Shown here: piece after piece, positions 39,295-53,012 of the stretch
Layout of the letters: each line of letters opens with the position of its first letter
Position numbering within the stretch: position 1 is the stretch's first letter
Origin: Octopus vulgaris
Taxonomy: Eukaryota
Length of the DNA: 64,000 nt
Assembly (NCBI GenBank): GCA_951406725.2
Contig: OX597814.1
Span: 127,720,001 to 127,784,000 of the forward strand
Direction: 5' to 3'
Notes under the pieces: generated by a model
The model's input: only the letters and a program-made list of their open reading frames with translations
Told to the model about the DNA's origin: nothing
Databases searched by the model: none
Made by a program: the position numbers and the translations under genes

Positions 39295-41268
39295 GTGTAT
39301 CAGACTGCCAGAAGGGAAGCTAGGAGACAGGTCTATCTAGCCAGAGGGGAAGCAGATAAGAGAAAATTTGCCAATGTCCTGCGCCGTGAGGATGAAAGAC
39401 TTGAGGTATTTCGTGTTGCAAGACAGTGTGTGAGAGAGAATCGTGATGTGGTAGGAGAGAAATGTGTTCGCAAGGATGACGGTTCACTTGCGCTAAATGA
39501 GGATGCAAAGAGAGAGGCTTGGAGACGCCACTATGAAAGGTTGCTGAATGAGGAAAATGAATGGGATAAAGAGAGTCTGCCGAATGTTGACCCAACAGAG
39601 GGACCAGCTATCCGAGTTGATAGTTCCGTGGTAGCTAAGGCAATTAGAAGCATGAAGACAGGGAAAGCCCCAGGCCCATCAGGAATTACTGCAGAGATGC
39701 TCAAAATATCTGGTAGTGTCGGCTATAGCATAGTCACCCGTATAGTTAACCAGGTGATACACGAAGGAGTCATACCCAATGACTGGTGTAGCAGCATAAT
39801 AGTCAACTGCTACAAAGGTAAAGGTGACGCCCTAGATACAAATAACTACAGCGGCATCAAGCTGTTGGATCAGGTAATGAAGGTTACGGAGAAGGTTATA
39901 GCCCAATTAATTAGAGAGAGAGTTAGCTTAGATGATATGCAGTTTGGGTTCGTGCCAGGGAAAAGTACTACTGATGCTATATTCCTGGTAAGACAGCTGC
40001 AGGAGAAATACCTAGCCAAAGGTAAGCCCTTGTACCTGGCTTTTGTTGATTTGGAGAAAGCCTTTGACAGGGTCCCCCGATCCCTTATCTGGTGGTCAAT
40101 GAGGAAACTAGGGATAGATGAATGGTTAGTGAGAGCTGTGCGAGCCATGTACAGAGACGCTGCTAGTAAGGTGAGGGTAGGCAACGAGTACAGTGAAGAA
40201 TTCCGGGTAGAGGTTGGGGTCCACCAAGGTTCAGTCCTCAGCCCCCTCCTATTTATCATAGTCCTCCAGGCAATAACGGAAGAATTCAAGACAGGTTGCC
40301 CCTGGGAGCTCCTCTATGCTGATGACCTTGCTCTAATCGCTGAGTCACTATCAGAACTGGAGAAGAAGTTTCAGGTGTGGAAACAAGGATTAGAATCGAA
40401 GGGCCTTAGAATCAACCTAGCCAAAACCAAAGTCCTAATAAGTAGGAAGGTGGACCAACCACAAATGACTTCAGGTAGATGGCCCTGCTCGATCTGTAAA
40501 AAAGGTGTAGGTAGAAACTCTATAAGGTGCACCAAGTGTAAGCTATGGACACATAAGAGGTGCAGCAATGTCAAAGGTAGGCTAACTGGGAAGATAGTTT
40601 TCGTATGTGGCAGATGCTCAGGAGAAATAAACTCTGGAAACGTGCAGAGACCAACTTCTACCACGTTCCAGGGAGACAAACTAGAAGTAGTTGATAGCTT
40701 CCGCTACCTAGGAGACCAAGTCAGTAGCGGGGGTGAGTGTGCTGAAAGTGTAACTGCTAGAGTAAGAATAGCCTGGGCAAAGTTTAGAGAGCTCTTACCC
40801 CTGCTGGTGACAAAAGGCCTCTCGCTCAGAGTAAAATGTAGACTGTATGATGCATGTGTACGTACAGCCATGCTACATGGTAGTGAAACATGGGCCGTGA
40901 CTGCTGAGGATATTCGTAAGCTCGCAAGAAATGAAGCCAGTATGCTCCGATGGATGTGTAATGTCAGTGTTCATAATCGTCAGAGTGTAAGTACCTTGAG
41001 AGAAAAGTTGGACCTAAGAAGCATCAGTTGTGGTGTGCAAGAGAGACGGCTGCGCTGGTATGGTCATATGACGAGAATGGCTGAAGATAGTTGTGTGCAA
41101 AAGTGCTACACCCTAGCAGTTGAGGGAACCTGTGGAAGAGGTAGACCCAGGAAAACCTGGGACGAAGTGGTGAAGCACGACCTTCGAACTTTAGGTCTCA
41201 CCAAGGAAATGACTAGAGACCGAGACCTATGGAAGTATGCTGTGCGTGAGAAGACCCGGCAAGACTAG
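39295..41268 (+). CDS. RTE LINE reverse transcriptase with inserted PHD-type zinc finger
   Basis: KAPGPSG, QFGF, AFVDLEKAFDRV, GVHQGSVLSPLLF, LYADD, FRYLG and RGRPRKTW motifs; C4HC3 at 40486-40617. The start codon is an ORF-finder artefact downstream of the nonsense codon. Confidence 0.92.
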   Translation: MYQTARREARRQVYLARGEADKRKFANVLRREDERLEVFRVARQCVRENRDVVGEKCVRKDDGSLALNEDAKREAWRRHYERLLNEENEWDKESLPNVDPTEGPAIRVDSSVVAKAIRSMKTGKAPGPSGITAEMLKISGSVGYSIVTRIVNQVIHEGVIPNDWCSSIIVNCYKGKGDALDTNNYSGIKLLDQVMKVTEKVIAQLIRERVSLDDMQFGFVPGKSTTDAIFLVRQLQEKYLAKGKPLYLAFVDLEKAFDRVPRSLIWWSMRKLGIDEWLVRAVRAMYRDAASKVRVGNEYSEEFRVEVGVHQGSVLSPLLFIIVLQAITEEFKTGCPWELLYADDLALIAESLSELEKKFQVWKQGLESKGLRINLAKTKVLISRKVDQPQMTSGRWPCSICKKGVGRNSIRCTKCKLWTHKRCSNVKGRLTGKIVFVCGRCSGEINSGNVQRPTSTTFQGDKLEVVDSFRYLGDQVSSGGECAESVTARVRIAWAKFRELLPLLVTKGLSLRVKCRLYDACVRTAMLHGSETWAVTAEDIRKLARNEASMLRWMCNVSVHNRQSVSTLREKLDLRSISCGVQERRLRWYGHMTRMAEDSCVQKCYTLAVEGTCGRGRPRKTWDEVVKHDLRTLGLTKEMTRDRDLWKYAVREKTRQD

Positions 41269-41435
41269 TCAGGCCATAACCCGTGGCCCCTACCTGGGAC
41301 GTAGTCAGTCCACCTGTGCATACCTTCTTTCTTGTGACACTTGTGAAGACCTGTTGAGGCAAGTGAAAATCAAATCAAAAAATCAAACAAAATCAAAATA
41401 GATGAACATCAATGGAATTTGTATCTTTGTGGTAC

Positions 41436-41835
41436 CAGTGCCGGTGGCACACGAGAAAACCATCCGAACGTGGCCGTAGCCAGTGCCGCACCGACTGGCC
41501 TCCATGCTGTGGGCACGTAACAATCACCATCAGATCATGGCCGATCACCAGCCTCATCTGGCTCCTGTGTCGGTGGCACATAAAACACCATCCGAGCGTG
41601 GTCGTCTGCTAGCCTTGTCTGGCACCTGTGTCGGTGGCACATAAAAACACCATCCGAGCGTGGCCGTTCGCCAGCCTCGTCTGGCACCTGTGTCGGTGGC
41701 ACATACAAACACCATCCGAGCGTGGCCGTTCGCCAGCCTCGTCTGGCACCTGTGTCGGTGGCACATAAAAACACCATCCGAACGTGGCCGTTCGCCAGCC
41801 TCGTCTGGCACCTGTGTCGGTGGCACATAAAATCA
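41436..41835 (+). repeat. 62-bp tandem array in the RTE 3' UTR (~7 units)
   Basis: GTGTCGGTGGCAC recurs at 41567, 41628, 41690, 41752 and 41814, with more diverged units upstream. Confidence 0.9.
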
Positions 41836-41989
41836 CCCACTACACTCTCGGAGTGGTTGGCGTTAGGAAGGGCATCCAGCTGTAGAAACACTGCCAGATC
41901 TGACTGGCCTGGTGCAGCCTTTGGGCTCCCCAGACCCCAGTTGAACCGTCCAACCCATGCTAGCATGGAAAGCAGACGTTAAATGATGA

Positions 41990-43247
<1,258 letters not shown>

Positions 43248-45665
43248 GTGTGTGTGTGTGTGTATGTATATGTGTGTAAAAAACACACTCAGTGCCGCCA
43301 ATCCTCGTCAGTTATCATCCAAAGGATCTCACCAATTTCACATCTTTAACAATAATATTGATTCCCTTTGGTAGCATCAGCAACTAGAAGCTGTTGGAAA
43401 ATAGGGAGCAAATAAACACGGGACTAAATACGACAGAAAGTGAACATACAAACGTTGAAATAAATATGCAGTTTAATTATACAAAGAAAATAATACTTAA
43501 GATGAGACAAAATAGTGAATGGGCAAGGGACAAAGAGGGGAAACAAACATCAGAAAATGTGGACATACAAACAAAATGAAATAAATAAACAGAATAAGGC
43601 CTTACGGCTTAGACATGAAACAAAGATGTAGGTAACACCAGGAAGATTATCCTAGAGGATAAGAAGCAAGAGAAACAGCAGAGAGACAACAAAATGTGTT
43701 GAAAAATGAGAGATGAGAGAAACACAACCAGTTTTGCAATCAACATGAAAAAAAATGGGGATGAGAGATGATGATGCCCATGGGTCACGTGTCAGTGATA
43801 GGATAGAGAAAAGTGGTAGAGGGCACTGAGGGAGAGGGGAAGAGGAGGATGAAAGGGAAAGAAGGGACAGAAATAGACATTGTATGTACAGATAAATTCC
43901 AAGAATGTTAACAAAATAAGACCATGTGTGTAACGCCACACAGTTTTATTTTGTTAATGTTCTGTGAATTTATATGTGTATATACATATAAATACCTGTG
44001 TGTGTAGATGTACATATATGTATTTATTATAAGTATATATGTACATCACTAGCAGCATTTTACATCCATTTTCCATGTTGGCATGGATTGGATGATTTGA
44101 CAAGAGCTGTCAATTCAGAAGATTGTGCCAAGCTCAACTGTTTACTTTGGCATGGTTTGTAGAGGTGGATGCTCTTAATTTTAATTTAATTTTTATTGGT
44201 TCAAAAAGCAAAAGCAAGGCCATGTAGGGGGATAGGGAGTTATGTACAGGGAGGATGGTCATACAAAGAGTTCAGGCCATTTCCGGTCAAGAGAGACTTT
44301 GAACCGAGCGGTCGTCGGCATCTTCACTATCTCGTCCAGCAGCTTATTCCATGGATCCGCAACCCTCTTCCTAATGCCAAGCACTTTACAGGGTCTTTTT
44401 GGTGCCTTTTACGTAGCACCAACACTGACAAGGTCACACAGTAACTTACAAGACGTGACTCCTAAGCTGAGTGGGGATAGTAGTGTGGGAGGTGGCTTTG
44501 TGCCAGGTGTGTAGGGTATGAATAGAGTTAAAGAAACAGGTGTCTTGCATTGAGGGAGATAAATGGCTAGTTCAGCAGAAGAGAGGAGGAAGGGAATGAA
44601 GATGAAAAAATGTGATAGGGGATGTTGTACACATATGTTACAGGGATGTGTATATAGGTGAAATGGAAACAAGGATTGGATGGGGAGAGTGGGTGTTTAA
44701 GTTCATGGGATTATGAAAGATAAATGGGAGGTGAAGATGGAATGCAGTGAGTAGATGCATATAAAGATAAGGTGTGTTAGGAGGATAAGATGTTGGGGAG
44801 AGATTCAACAGGGACACATTGTGTGCAGGTAGGTTCACAGGGGTGCAGAGGAAGAGTGAGGGGTAAAGGGGAGGGAAATACATGTGGTAAATTCAGGTGA
44901 GGGGCCTGGGAGAGGTGTTAGGAAGGTGGATTGGAGGGAAGATGTTTGTCATGGACATAAATTAGATGCTTAAAATATCTGGTGGAGTGAGATACAGCCT
45001 AGTCACCTGTATAGTCAATCATGTTGCCCAGGAAAAGGTCATACTCAACGAATGGTGTAACAGAATCATAGTCAACTGCTACAAAGATAAAGGACATGCT
45101 TTAGACAGAAGTAAAAACAGAGTAACTTGCAAGACAAGGAATTTTAACAAGGGCAGGAGCATTGGAGGAGGGATAGTGTGACAGAGAGGCAGAAACAAGT
45201 GTCTTCCTATAGAGGAGATATATCGTTACTCAGTGAGAGAGAGAGAGAATGTAAAGCTGATAACCTGGTCATCTTCTTGAAGGGCAAACCTAATAATATA
45301 TAAGCAATTAGATCCTATGTGCTATGCAGAGTAGCTTTCTTGACATCATCCTTGTCCAGTTATTTTTTTCTTTTTCAACAGTTTCATCCCCAAGACCTCC
45401 TTCACCACTCTATATTGTCATTACTAGTGTTCAGTGTAAACACCATAACCTATCCTTGTTCACAAAATTGTCTGGTCAAATACATGTTCAATTCACTTGT
45501 GTGAAACTCTGAGTAACATTGGGGTAAACCACTGACTGTTATGCTGTAAATATTCATTCTACATCATGTATTGCATGCTCTTTTCTTTCATTTGTGTATG
45601 TGTATGCATGTATATATATATATGGTGTACACACGTAGCAGGATATTCTAATTTTCTACTTATAG

Positions 45666-45808
45666 CTTACTTGATCCCAGTCAATCAAGACAGTACGAAA
45701 ACTTCAAGAAGTCCTATTCCAATATTTTACATAAATGCCAACTGTTTAATAAATCAGCTGAAGTACAGAAACACATGGCCGTTCTTCCAGAACAGAAGTC
45801 TACATTAG
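45666..45808 (+). CDS. WDR59: WDR59 coding exon (LLDPSQSRQYENFKKSYSNILHKCQLFNKSAEVQKHMAVLPEQKSTL)
   Basis: TTTTCTACTTATAG acceptor and TAG|GTGAGG donor; 143 nt, phase 2 to 1; aligns with human LLDPANTQQFDDFKKCYGEILYRWGLREKRAEVLK. Confidence 0.93.
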
Positions 45809-46871
45809 GTGAGGAATCTTGATACTTACTCAGTTATTTGTGTAGTGTGATTTGATATATATAATCGTGTGTATGTGTGTGTTCAGAAGTATAATTGAAA
45901 ACTGTAGCCATTCTATCTTTTTCTTTCTGGCAGTGTACACCTATGATCACATCATCTGGTGTGACCTTCCTTTCTAAAGACTGTAGGGTATAATTCAAAG
46001 AGAATTCAACTGCTTTTGTATATGTGTAAAAGGAGATGTTAAATTTCGTTACTCAGTAAAGTTAGCAAAAGAGAAATAAATTCTCTTCAAATTTAATGTT
46101 TCACACACAAGATTCTTGTATTTCCATAACAGGACTATTGAGTGCTTAATTTCAGGTTTACATGCAACAAAACTGGAAACAACTTAATTCATACCTGATA
46201 ATTTTGTACAGGTGTTATCTAAACAAGTAAGAAGTTTGCTTCCTGGCTTTGATAGACAGAACTGTATAGAAGCCTGCCACGTGTGTGTGGGGGGGGATGG
46301 CTGAGTGGATGTCTGTGTGTCTATGTTGACAGTTGGTGTTGATTTGTTTACATCGCCATAACTTGGCAGTTCAGCAAAGAAGACCAATAGAGACAAATGG
46401 CCTTTAAAAAGATATGTTGATCTGTTGAACTAAAAACCTTCAAGGCAGTGCCCCAACATGGCTACAATCCAATGATGAAATTTTGGTGAATATTGCATAG
46501 CTTTCTCTGAGTGGATTTTATCTGCAGATGGCTACATCCTGATCATTAACCTCATGATGAGGCTATTGTGACAGGTCAATTGCTTCATAATGGTCATCGT
46601 TCTCATGTGACAATGTTGATGGCTGGTTAAGCATATGACTTCTGTAGGAACATGAAAAGCAAGAAATAATAGAAAATCTTTGTTTTTCTAGATTAATGTG
46701 CAACTTTTATCAGTAGGGACAATCAGTTTTGAGCTAAATTTAATATTTTATGAATTGTCAAGTGTCCCCAGTGTTGTAAGAATCAACAACTTGACATGTT
46801 AACCACCACAGCCTGTTATTGGAACTTACTGATGGTGCCATGTATTTCTTGTCACACTGTATACTGTTTAA

Positions 46872-47091
46872 CCCTTTCATTATCAGCCTGGCTGAAACCG
46901 GCTCTGGTTCTGAGTACAAATGTCTTGTTTTCATAAGTTTTGAATTAAAATCTTCCACCAAACCTTAGTCACAATTTATGTTCCTAACATAAGCTTAATG
47001 ATAACTAAGTTATTTTACTAAATTCTTTGTTATATTTAAAATAATTGAAAGAAACACAGAGCATCTCAAAATAAATATAGTAATGAAAGGG
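46872..47091. mobile_element. piggyBac-type MITE
   Basis: TTAA|CCCTTTCATTA ... TAATGAAAGGG|TTAA: perfect 11-bp TIR with TTAA target duplication. Confidence 0.85.
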
Positions 47092-47978
47092 TTAATTACA
47101 AGAAAATGTAATTATTTTGCATTTTTACTATATTTCATAATTAAACTTTAATATTTAGCACTCATGCTACTTAAATATCCTCAAAACTATGTCAAAGAAA
47201 GGGAATAAAATATTTTCTCAAATTATGATATTGTATACTAGTGGTACATGTGGCAGTTAATGTGTTAATATTAGATTTATTGTGGCCTTTATATTTTGGA
47301 TGAATGAATCTAAAAGGATGCTTATTACCCTTTTGGATAACAATTTTTCTGTCTGTTAATCTCTATTATTCAAAGTGTATCTTTTGAATTGTTTTGTCAT
47401 TGCATGTGTTTCCATGTTTCTTCTTTGTCTCTGCCTATCTCTTTACAATGACAATTTAGTCAAAATACTGAATTATTTATACATGAGATCATAACAGATC
47501 AGTTGAGAGGTATTGGGAGTTATTGCTTATATTTTTCAGGTGTTCCTTGCCAGTTACTTTTCAACAGAAATAAACCTTTGGTCAAAAATTCCTCTGATTT
47601 TGGTAGGATCCTTGCCTACACTTAATGCTCATTGCAGCATCCCACACTGCATCACTGTGTTATCCCTAATATTCTAATACTGAGATATAGTTTCTGAACC
47701 TCAGTTTAGATTCCCTTAGAAAACCTTTTAAAATTGGCCTGTACACCACTAGTCATTTCAGATTCTTGCAGAAGTTCCTACAGCACTGATCATTTCAGGT
47801 TTTCACCTCCTCAGCACCTCCTCTTCTACTGGTCATTTTAAATCTTCATGTCAGCTCCTCCTGCACTCCTGCTCATCCTTCACAGTGACAAGGACTGTCT
47901 AATTGACCTTAGGGATGACTGATGTGTTACCCAGTGAATTTGTTTAAAGTGAAGAAGAGTTGCACACCACCAATCTAA

Positions 47979-48009
<31 letters not shown>

Positions 48010-48573
48010 CTGTAACCAACTTCAGACCATTGGCAAGTCTAGGTCAAGACAATTGAGGATGGAGATGGATGCAGTGACTGACTAAAATGTCTTACTTGCC
48101 TTGTTTTGTTTTCTGCTACAATGCAGAAATTGCTACAGCTATCTTCCCCACTGCTGAGCCATGAAGGCTTCTTCAGCTGAGTCCACCAAATCCAGTCTTC
48201 ACATCCATAGGTAGGCAAGCCCTAATATGCTAATTAACCCCATAGCTTGGACTGTAACAGGTGCTTCTGGTCCAGATCAGGATAGACCTGGAAACAATAG
48301 TGGTTAAAAGATGGTTCCACACTCCTCAAAACCCTGAAAATCTTGAACCAGGATCCTACTACTGGCTGCAGTTTAAAGTCATGCTCAAGACATACCTTTT
48401 ACAGTTATGGTTATTTAAAACTCTTGCCTCATCTCCTCCTATTCTGCTGGTCATTTACAATTTTTTCTTCAATTCCTCTTATAACCACTGCTCCTTTTAG
48501 ACACTTAAACACCTTACACTCAGCTGTACATATCCACAGTACATATTTTCTCCTATAGACTCAGTACAATTCA

Positions 48574-48624
<51 letters not shown>

Positions 48625-49215
48625 TATATACACACTATATACACTTCACTGCTATACATACCACACAACTATATACTCCACACACTTCCCCATTATACAT
48701 TCCCCATTATATACACTTCACCTCTTTATATGCAACAGTACAGCACTGTACACAGGACACCTATGTACACATTACTATACATTCCTTTCCACTATACACA
48801 CCACACCATTATATGCACCTCACCATGCAGTTGTACACATCACTGTACACAGGATGCTCTGTACATACGACACATCAGTGCAAAGGTTAAAGGTCATACA
48901 TTCGTCACTAAAGTATTAAAGGTCACAGTTCAGATGTGATATTAAGCAGAGGGTCAGTATTAGTGTATTTTCCGCTTCTATTCCCTGAATGTCATGATTA
49001 AATGTGTTTAAAAACATGTCAATGTCAGGTAATGGCTAATTGTTGGATGTCAGATTTCATCTGAAAACACAAACATGCACGTGCACGCACTTACACACAC
49101 ACACATGCACACACTTTCACTCTTTCTCCATCTCCCCCCCCCCCACTCTCTCTTATCTCCACTCTTTCTTATTCAGTGTTTCTTCGATAACATTTCTTTT
49201 ACATTATACTTTCAG

Positions 49216-49323
49216 AATTCAAAGCCATTTGTCATTATTGTCTTCATGAAACAAAAGGTCCTCAATGTGATAACTGCCACAAGGTGGCATTGCAGTGTGC
49301 AGTCTGCCAAATTGGAGTACGAG
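49216..49323 (+). CDS. WDR59: WDR59 coding exon, zinc finger (FKAICHYCLHETKGPQCDNCHKVALQCAVCQIGVR)
   Basis: CTTTCAG acceptor and GAG|GTAATA donor; 108 nt, phase 1-1; matches human EFGVYCSHCRSEVRGTQCAICKGFTFQCAICHVAVRG. Confidence 0.95.
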
Positions 49324-49514
49324 GTAATAACTAATATTTGTTATTCCGTAATATTCTTAAGACAAAAACAATTGGTTGTTAGAAATTATACTGCTCTCCC
49401 ACCTGGGGGGAAAAAAATCATGTTATGTAAGAATTAATGTTTTAATTAATAAAATTGTAATTGATTTCCTTTTAGCTCCTTTGGAAATCTTAAGTAGTTT
49501 CCACAGCCTCATCT

Positions 49515-50075
49515 TCATCATCATCATTTAACATCCACTTTCTATGCTAGCATGGGTTGGACGGTTCGACCGGGGTCTGGGAAGCCAGGAGCTGCACCAG
49601 GCCCAGTCTGATCTGGCAGTGTTTCTACAGTTGTATGCCCTTCCTGATGCCAACCACTCCGTGAGTGTAGTGGGTGCTTTTTACGTGCCACTGGCACAAG
49701 TGCCAGGCGAGGCTGGCAACGGCCACCATCGGTTGATGCTTTTTACGTGCCACCAGCATGGAGGCCAGTCGAGGCGGCACTGGCAATGGCCATGTTCGGA
49801 TGGTTCTTTTACATGCCACCGGCACTGGTATCACAACTACAATTTTCATTGATTTTTGATCGATTTCGATTTCACTTGCCTCAACAGGTCTTCGCAAGCA
49901 GAGTTTTGTGTCCCAAGAAGGAAAGGTATGCATAAGTGGACTGGCTACATCCCAGGTAAAGGCCACAGGTTATGGTCTCACTTGTTCTGCCGGGTCTTCT
50001 CATGCACAGCATATTTCCAAAGGTCTCGGTCACTAGTCATTGCCTCGGTGAGACCTAATGTTCGAAAGTCGTGCT
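49515..50075 (-). mobile_element. 5'-truncated RTE LINE (ORF end + 3' UTR)
   Basis: Reverse complement of about 41173-41990, including the KHD.RTLGL ORF end; only 2-3 repeat units. Confidence 0.88.
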
Positions 50076-51007
50076 TAAAGATCATTTATCAGAAATGTTC
50101 TGTATTTAAATTTATTCTCACAGCACACTTTTCTTTTATTCTTCATTAAGAAATCTTTAGCAAAAATCTTCAGGAATTAAGAAAATGTACCTAAGAAATT
50201 GAGAAATTAATCCAAAACATCTCATGAAAAATTTGAGCAATTTGAAAGGTACTTTTTATACTGAAGAATAAAGAACACTATGTCAATTGAATGTGGTGTA
50301 AGTGTAAAAAATGACATCATGTTTGCTAAAACCACTCAGCCATAATCTATTAAGGGAAGTCCATTGTAATTATTCATCTTAAAAAAGGTGGTACTCATTA
50401 GATAAAGTGTAAAAAAGAGACAGAATGTCGCAGTGGGAATGTCTTTGATCAGAGACTTGTTAGAAACAGTACTGACCTGGACCTTGATAACAATTTTAGA
50501 CTAAAAAACAAAAATGTTTTCAATGTTTAGTGAGTATTAATGATTTGTTTCAAGACTGAACACCCAAACCCCTTGGAACTCACAATATACTCAACTAGAG
50601 TAAGTGAATGTCTTTCTTCTGTTTCCTCAAATAGGAATATTGTTATGATTCAGTTTTGTCCAGTAACACAAAGCAACAGAGAAATAATTGAGAAGGTCAT
50701 CACGAGATACTCTTCAATTAACTACATCAGTTTGATATATCTAACAGAAGCAGTATTAGATTAAAATAGCCATCAGTGTACTATACTTAATGCAGATACA
50801 TTGTGAAAGGCAAATTAACTTCAGTATTTGTGCAGAGATGATATCTCCTATGGATGTACTGTTTAAAAACACAAAAATACATCATGAGCAGATGATAATC
50901 ATCCAGCAGCAGCAGTGAGATGTTAGATACACATTTCTGCCTCTTTGAGCTTTTGTCAGTAGCATTTACCCACTGCCAGTCACATTGTTTTTAAACACAG
51001 TGCATCC

Positions 51008-51720
51008 ATCATCATCATCATCATCATCATCATCGTTTAACATCCACTTTCTATGCTAGCATGGGTTGGACAATTTGACTGAGGGCTGGTGAACCAGATG
51101 GCTGCACCAGGCTCCATCCAATCTGATCTGGCAGAGTTTCTACAGCTTGATGCCCTTCCTAACGCCAACCACTCCGAGAGTGTAGTGGGTGCTTTTACAG
51201 GCCACTGGCATGGGGGGCCAGTCAAGGCAGTACTGGCAACGACCTCGCTCTAATGCTTTTACATGTGCCACCAGCACAATTGCCAGTAAGGCGATGCTGG
51301 TAACGATCACGCTCGAATGGTGCCCTTTTACGTGCCACTGGCACGGAAGTCAGTTAGCCACTCTGGCAACGATCATGCTCGGATGGTGCTCTTAGCACCC
51401 TACTAGTATGGGGCTCGAGTGCCAGTAAGGCAACACTGGTAACGATCACACTCGAACGGTGCCTTTTATGTGCCATTGGCACGGAAGCCGGTTAGCCACT
51501 CTGTTAATGATCACACTCGTGTGGTGCTCTTTGCACCCTGCTAGCATGAATGCCAGTCATTGAATTTGATTTTGATTTCACTTGCCTCAACAGGTCTTTG
51601 CAAGCAGAGTTTAGTGTCCAAAGAAGGAAAAGGTACACACAAGTGGGCTGGTTACGCCCCTGGCATAGGCCCCGAGGTTATGGTTTCATTTGGCTTGCCG
51701 GGTCTTCTCAAGCACAGCAT
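51008..51720 (-). mobile_element. 5'-truncated RTE 3' end with diverged repeat array
   Basis: (CAT)n tail, conserved terminal block and about 6 units; same subfamily as 56560-57146. Confidence 0.85.
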
Positions 51721-52244
51721 TATCTCCTAACAAATACCAGTGTTTAATTTACCTTTTGCATACATCATCATCGTCTTCATCATTGTTTAACATCTGTTTT
51801 CCATGCTGGCATGGGTTGGATGGTTTGACTGAGGTCTGGAAAGCATGAAGGCTGCACCAGGCTCCAGTCTGATCTGGCAGTGTTTCTACAGCTGGATGTC
51901 CTTCTGAATGCCAGCTATTCTGTGAGTGTAGTGGGTGCTTTTTATGTGACACCGGCACAGGAGTCAGTCAGGCAATACACAAATGGCTAAATACATTAGT
52001 GTTAATTAACAGTGAAGGTGCCCGGCTTCGTGGATAGGCTATTCAACTCAAGATTGTAAAGTTGTGGGTTTGGTTCCTGGCAGTGCATTGTGTACTTGAA
52101 CAAGACATTTTATTCTTAGTTGCTCCAGTTCACTCAGCTGGTAAAATGAATTATAGCTGTTCTTCTTTGTCATGTTCTATGTCATGCTGAATCTCCATGA
52201 GAACTACATTAAAAGTATGCATATACCTTTATTAAAGGTATAGG

Positions 52245-52632
52245 TGTAGGAGTGGCTGTGTGTTAAGTAGCTTGTTTACCAACCACATGGTTCTGGGTTC
52301 AGTTCCACTGCGTGGTACGTTGGGCAAGTGTCTTCTACTATAGCCTCGAGCCAACCAAAGCCTTGTGAGTGGATTTGGTAGATGGAAACTGAAAGAAGCC
52401 TGTTGTATATATATACATGTGTGTGTGTATATGTTTGTGTGTCTGTGTTTGTCTCCCCAACCGATGCTGGTGTGTTTACGTCACCGTAACTTAGCGGTTC
52501 GGCAAAAGAGACCGATAAAATAAGTACTAGGCTTACAAAGAATAAGTCCTGGGGTCGATTTGCTCGACTAAAGACGGTGCTCCAGCATGGCCACAGTCAA
52601 ATGAATGAAACAAGTAAAAGAGTAAAAGAGTA
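52245..52632 (+). mobile_element. full-length tRNA-derived CORE-type SINE
   Basis: GTAGGAGTGGCTGTGTG head, GGGTTCAGTTCC B box, TTGGGCAAGTGTCTTC core and (AGTAAAAG)n tail. Confidence 0.82.
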
Positions 52633-52819
52633 TATCTGTGGAGTGCTCAGCCACTTGCACATTAATTTCACAAGCAGGCTGTTCTGCTGAACCGGGAACA
52701 CTCTTCAACACAACCAACAGAAAACCAGGCCAAGTCACACTATTTTGTTTTTTTAATTTTAATTCACTTCAGCTTTCAATTCAATTATTCTTGTCTAATT
52801 TTTGTTCAATTTCTTGCAG

Positions 52820-52956
52820 GTTCTGCCAGTTTCTGTTTAGTCTGTGGTCATGGAGGTCACACATTACACATGTCACATTGGTTCCTCTCGTATTCGCAGT
52901 GTCCCAGTGGTTGTGGTTGCCTATGTATTGAAAGAAATTTAATTGAAGCTCTCTGA
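52820..52956 (+). CDS. WDR59: WDR59 terminal coding exon, RING C-terminus (GSASFCLVCGHGGHTLHMSHWFLSYSQCPSGCGCLCIERNLIEAL*)
   Basis: TTTCTTGCAG acceptor; the FCL.CGHGGH..HM..WF.....CP.GCGC.C motif is diagnostic of GATOR2 WDR59/Sea3; stop TGA at 52954-52956. Confidence 0.96.
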
Positions 52957-53006
52957 CTTATTACTTCTGCACTTTTTATTATTACAAATTGTTGTTTGAT
53001 TTCCAC

Positions 53007-53012
53007 AATAAA
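53007..53012 (+). promoter_or_regulatory. candidate WDR59 polyadenylation signal
   Basis: AATAAA 50 nt after the stop, followed by a T/GT-rich tract (53020-53065). Confidence 0.5.

Noticed and set aside
41436-41835. CRISPR array interpretation of the repeat units
   Set aside because: Eukaryotic LINE 3' UTR, no cas genes, and the variable parts are short and related to each other rather than unique spacers.
43394-44960. Purine-rich stretch with short ORFs
   Set aside because: Low-complexity sequence and decayed repeat fragments, with no splice or homology support.
45566-45808. ORF-track proteins overlapping WDR59 exons (also 49075-49437 and 52638-52931)
   Set aside because: Wrong frames; the true coding frames are defined by splice sites and WDR59 similarity.
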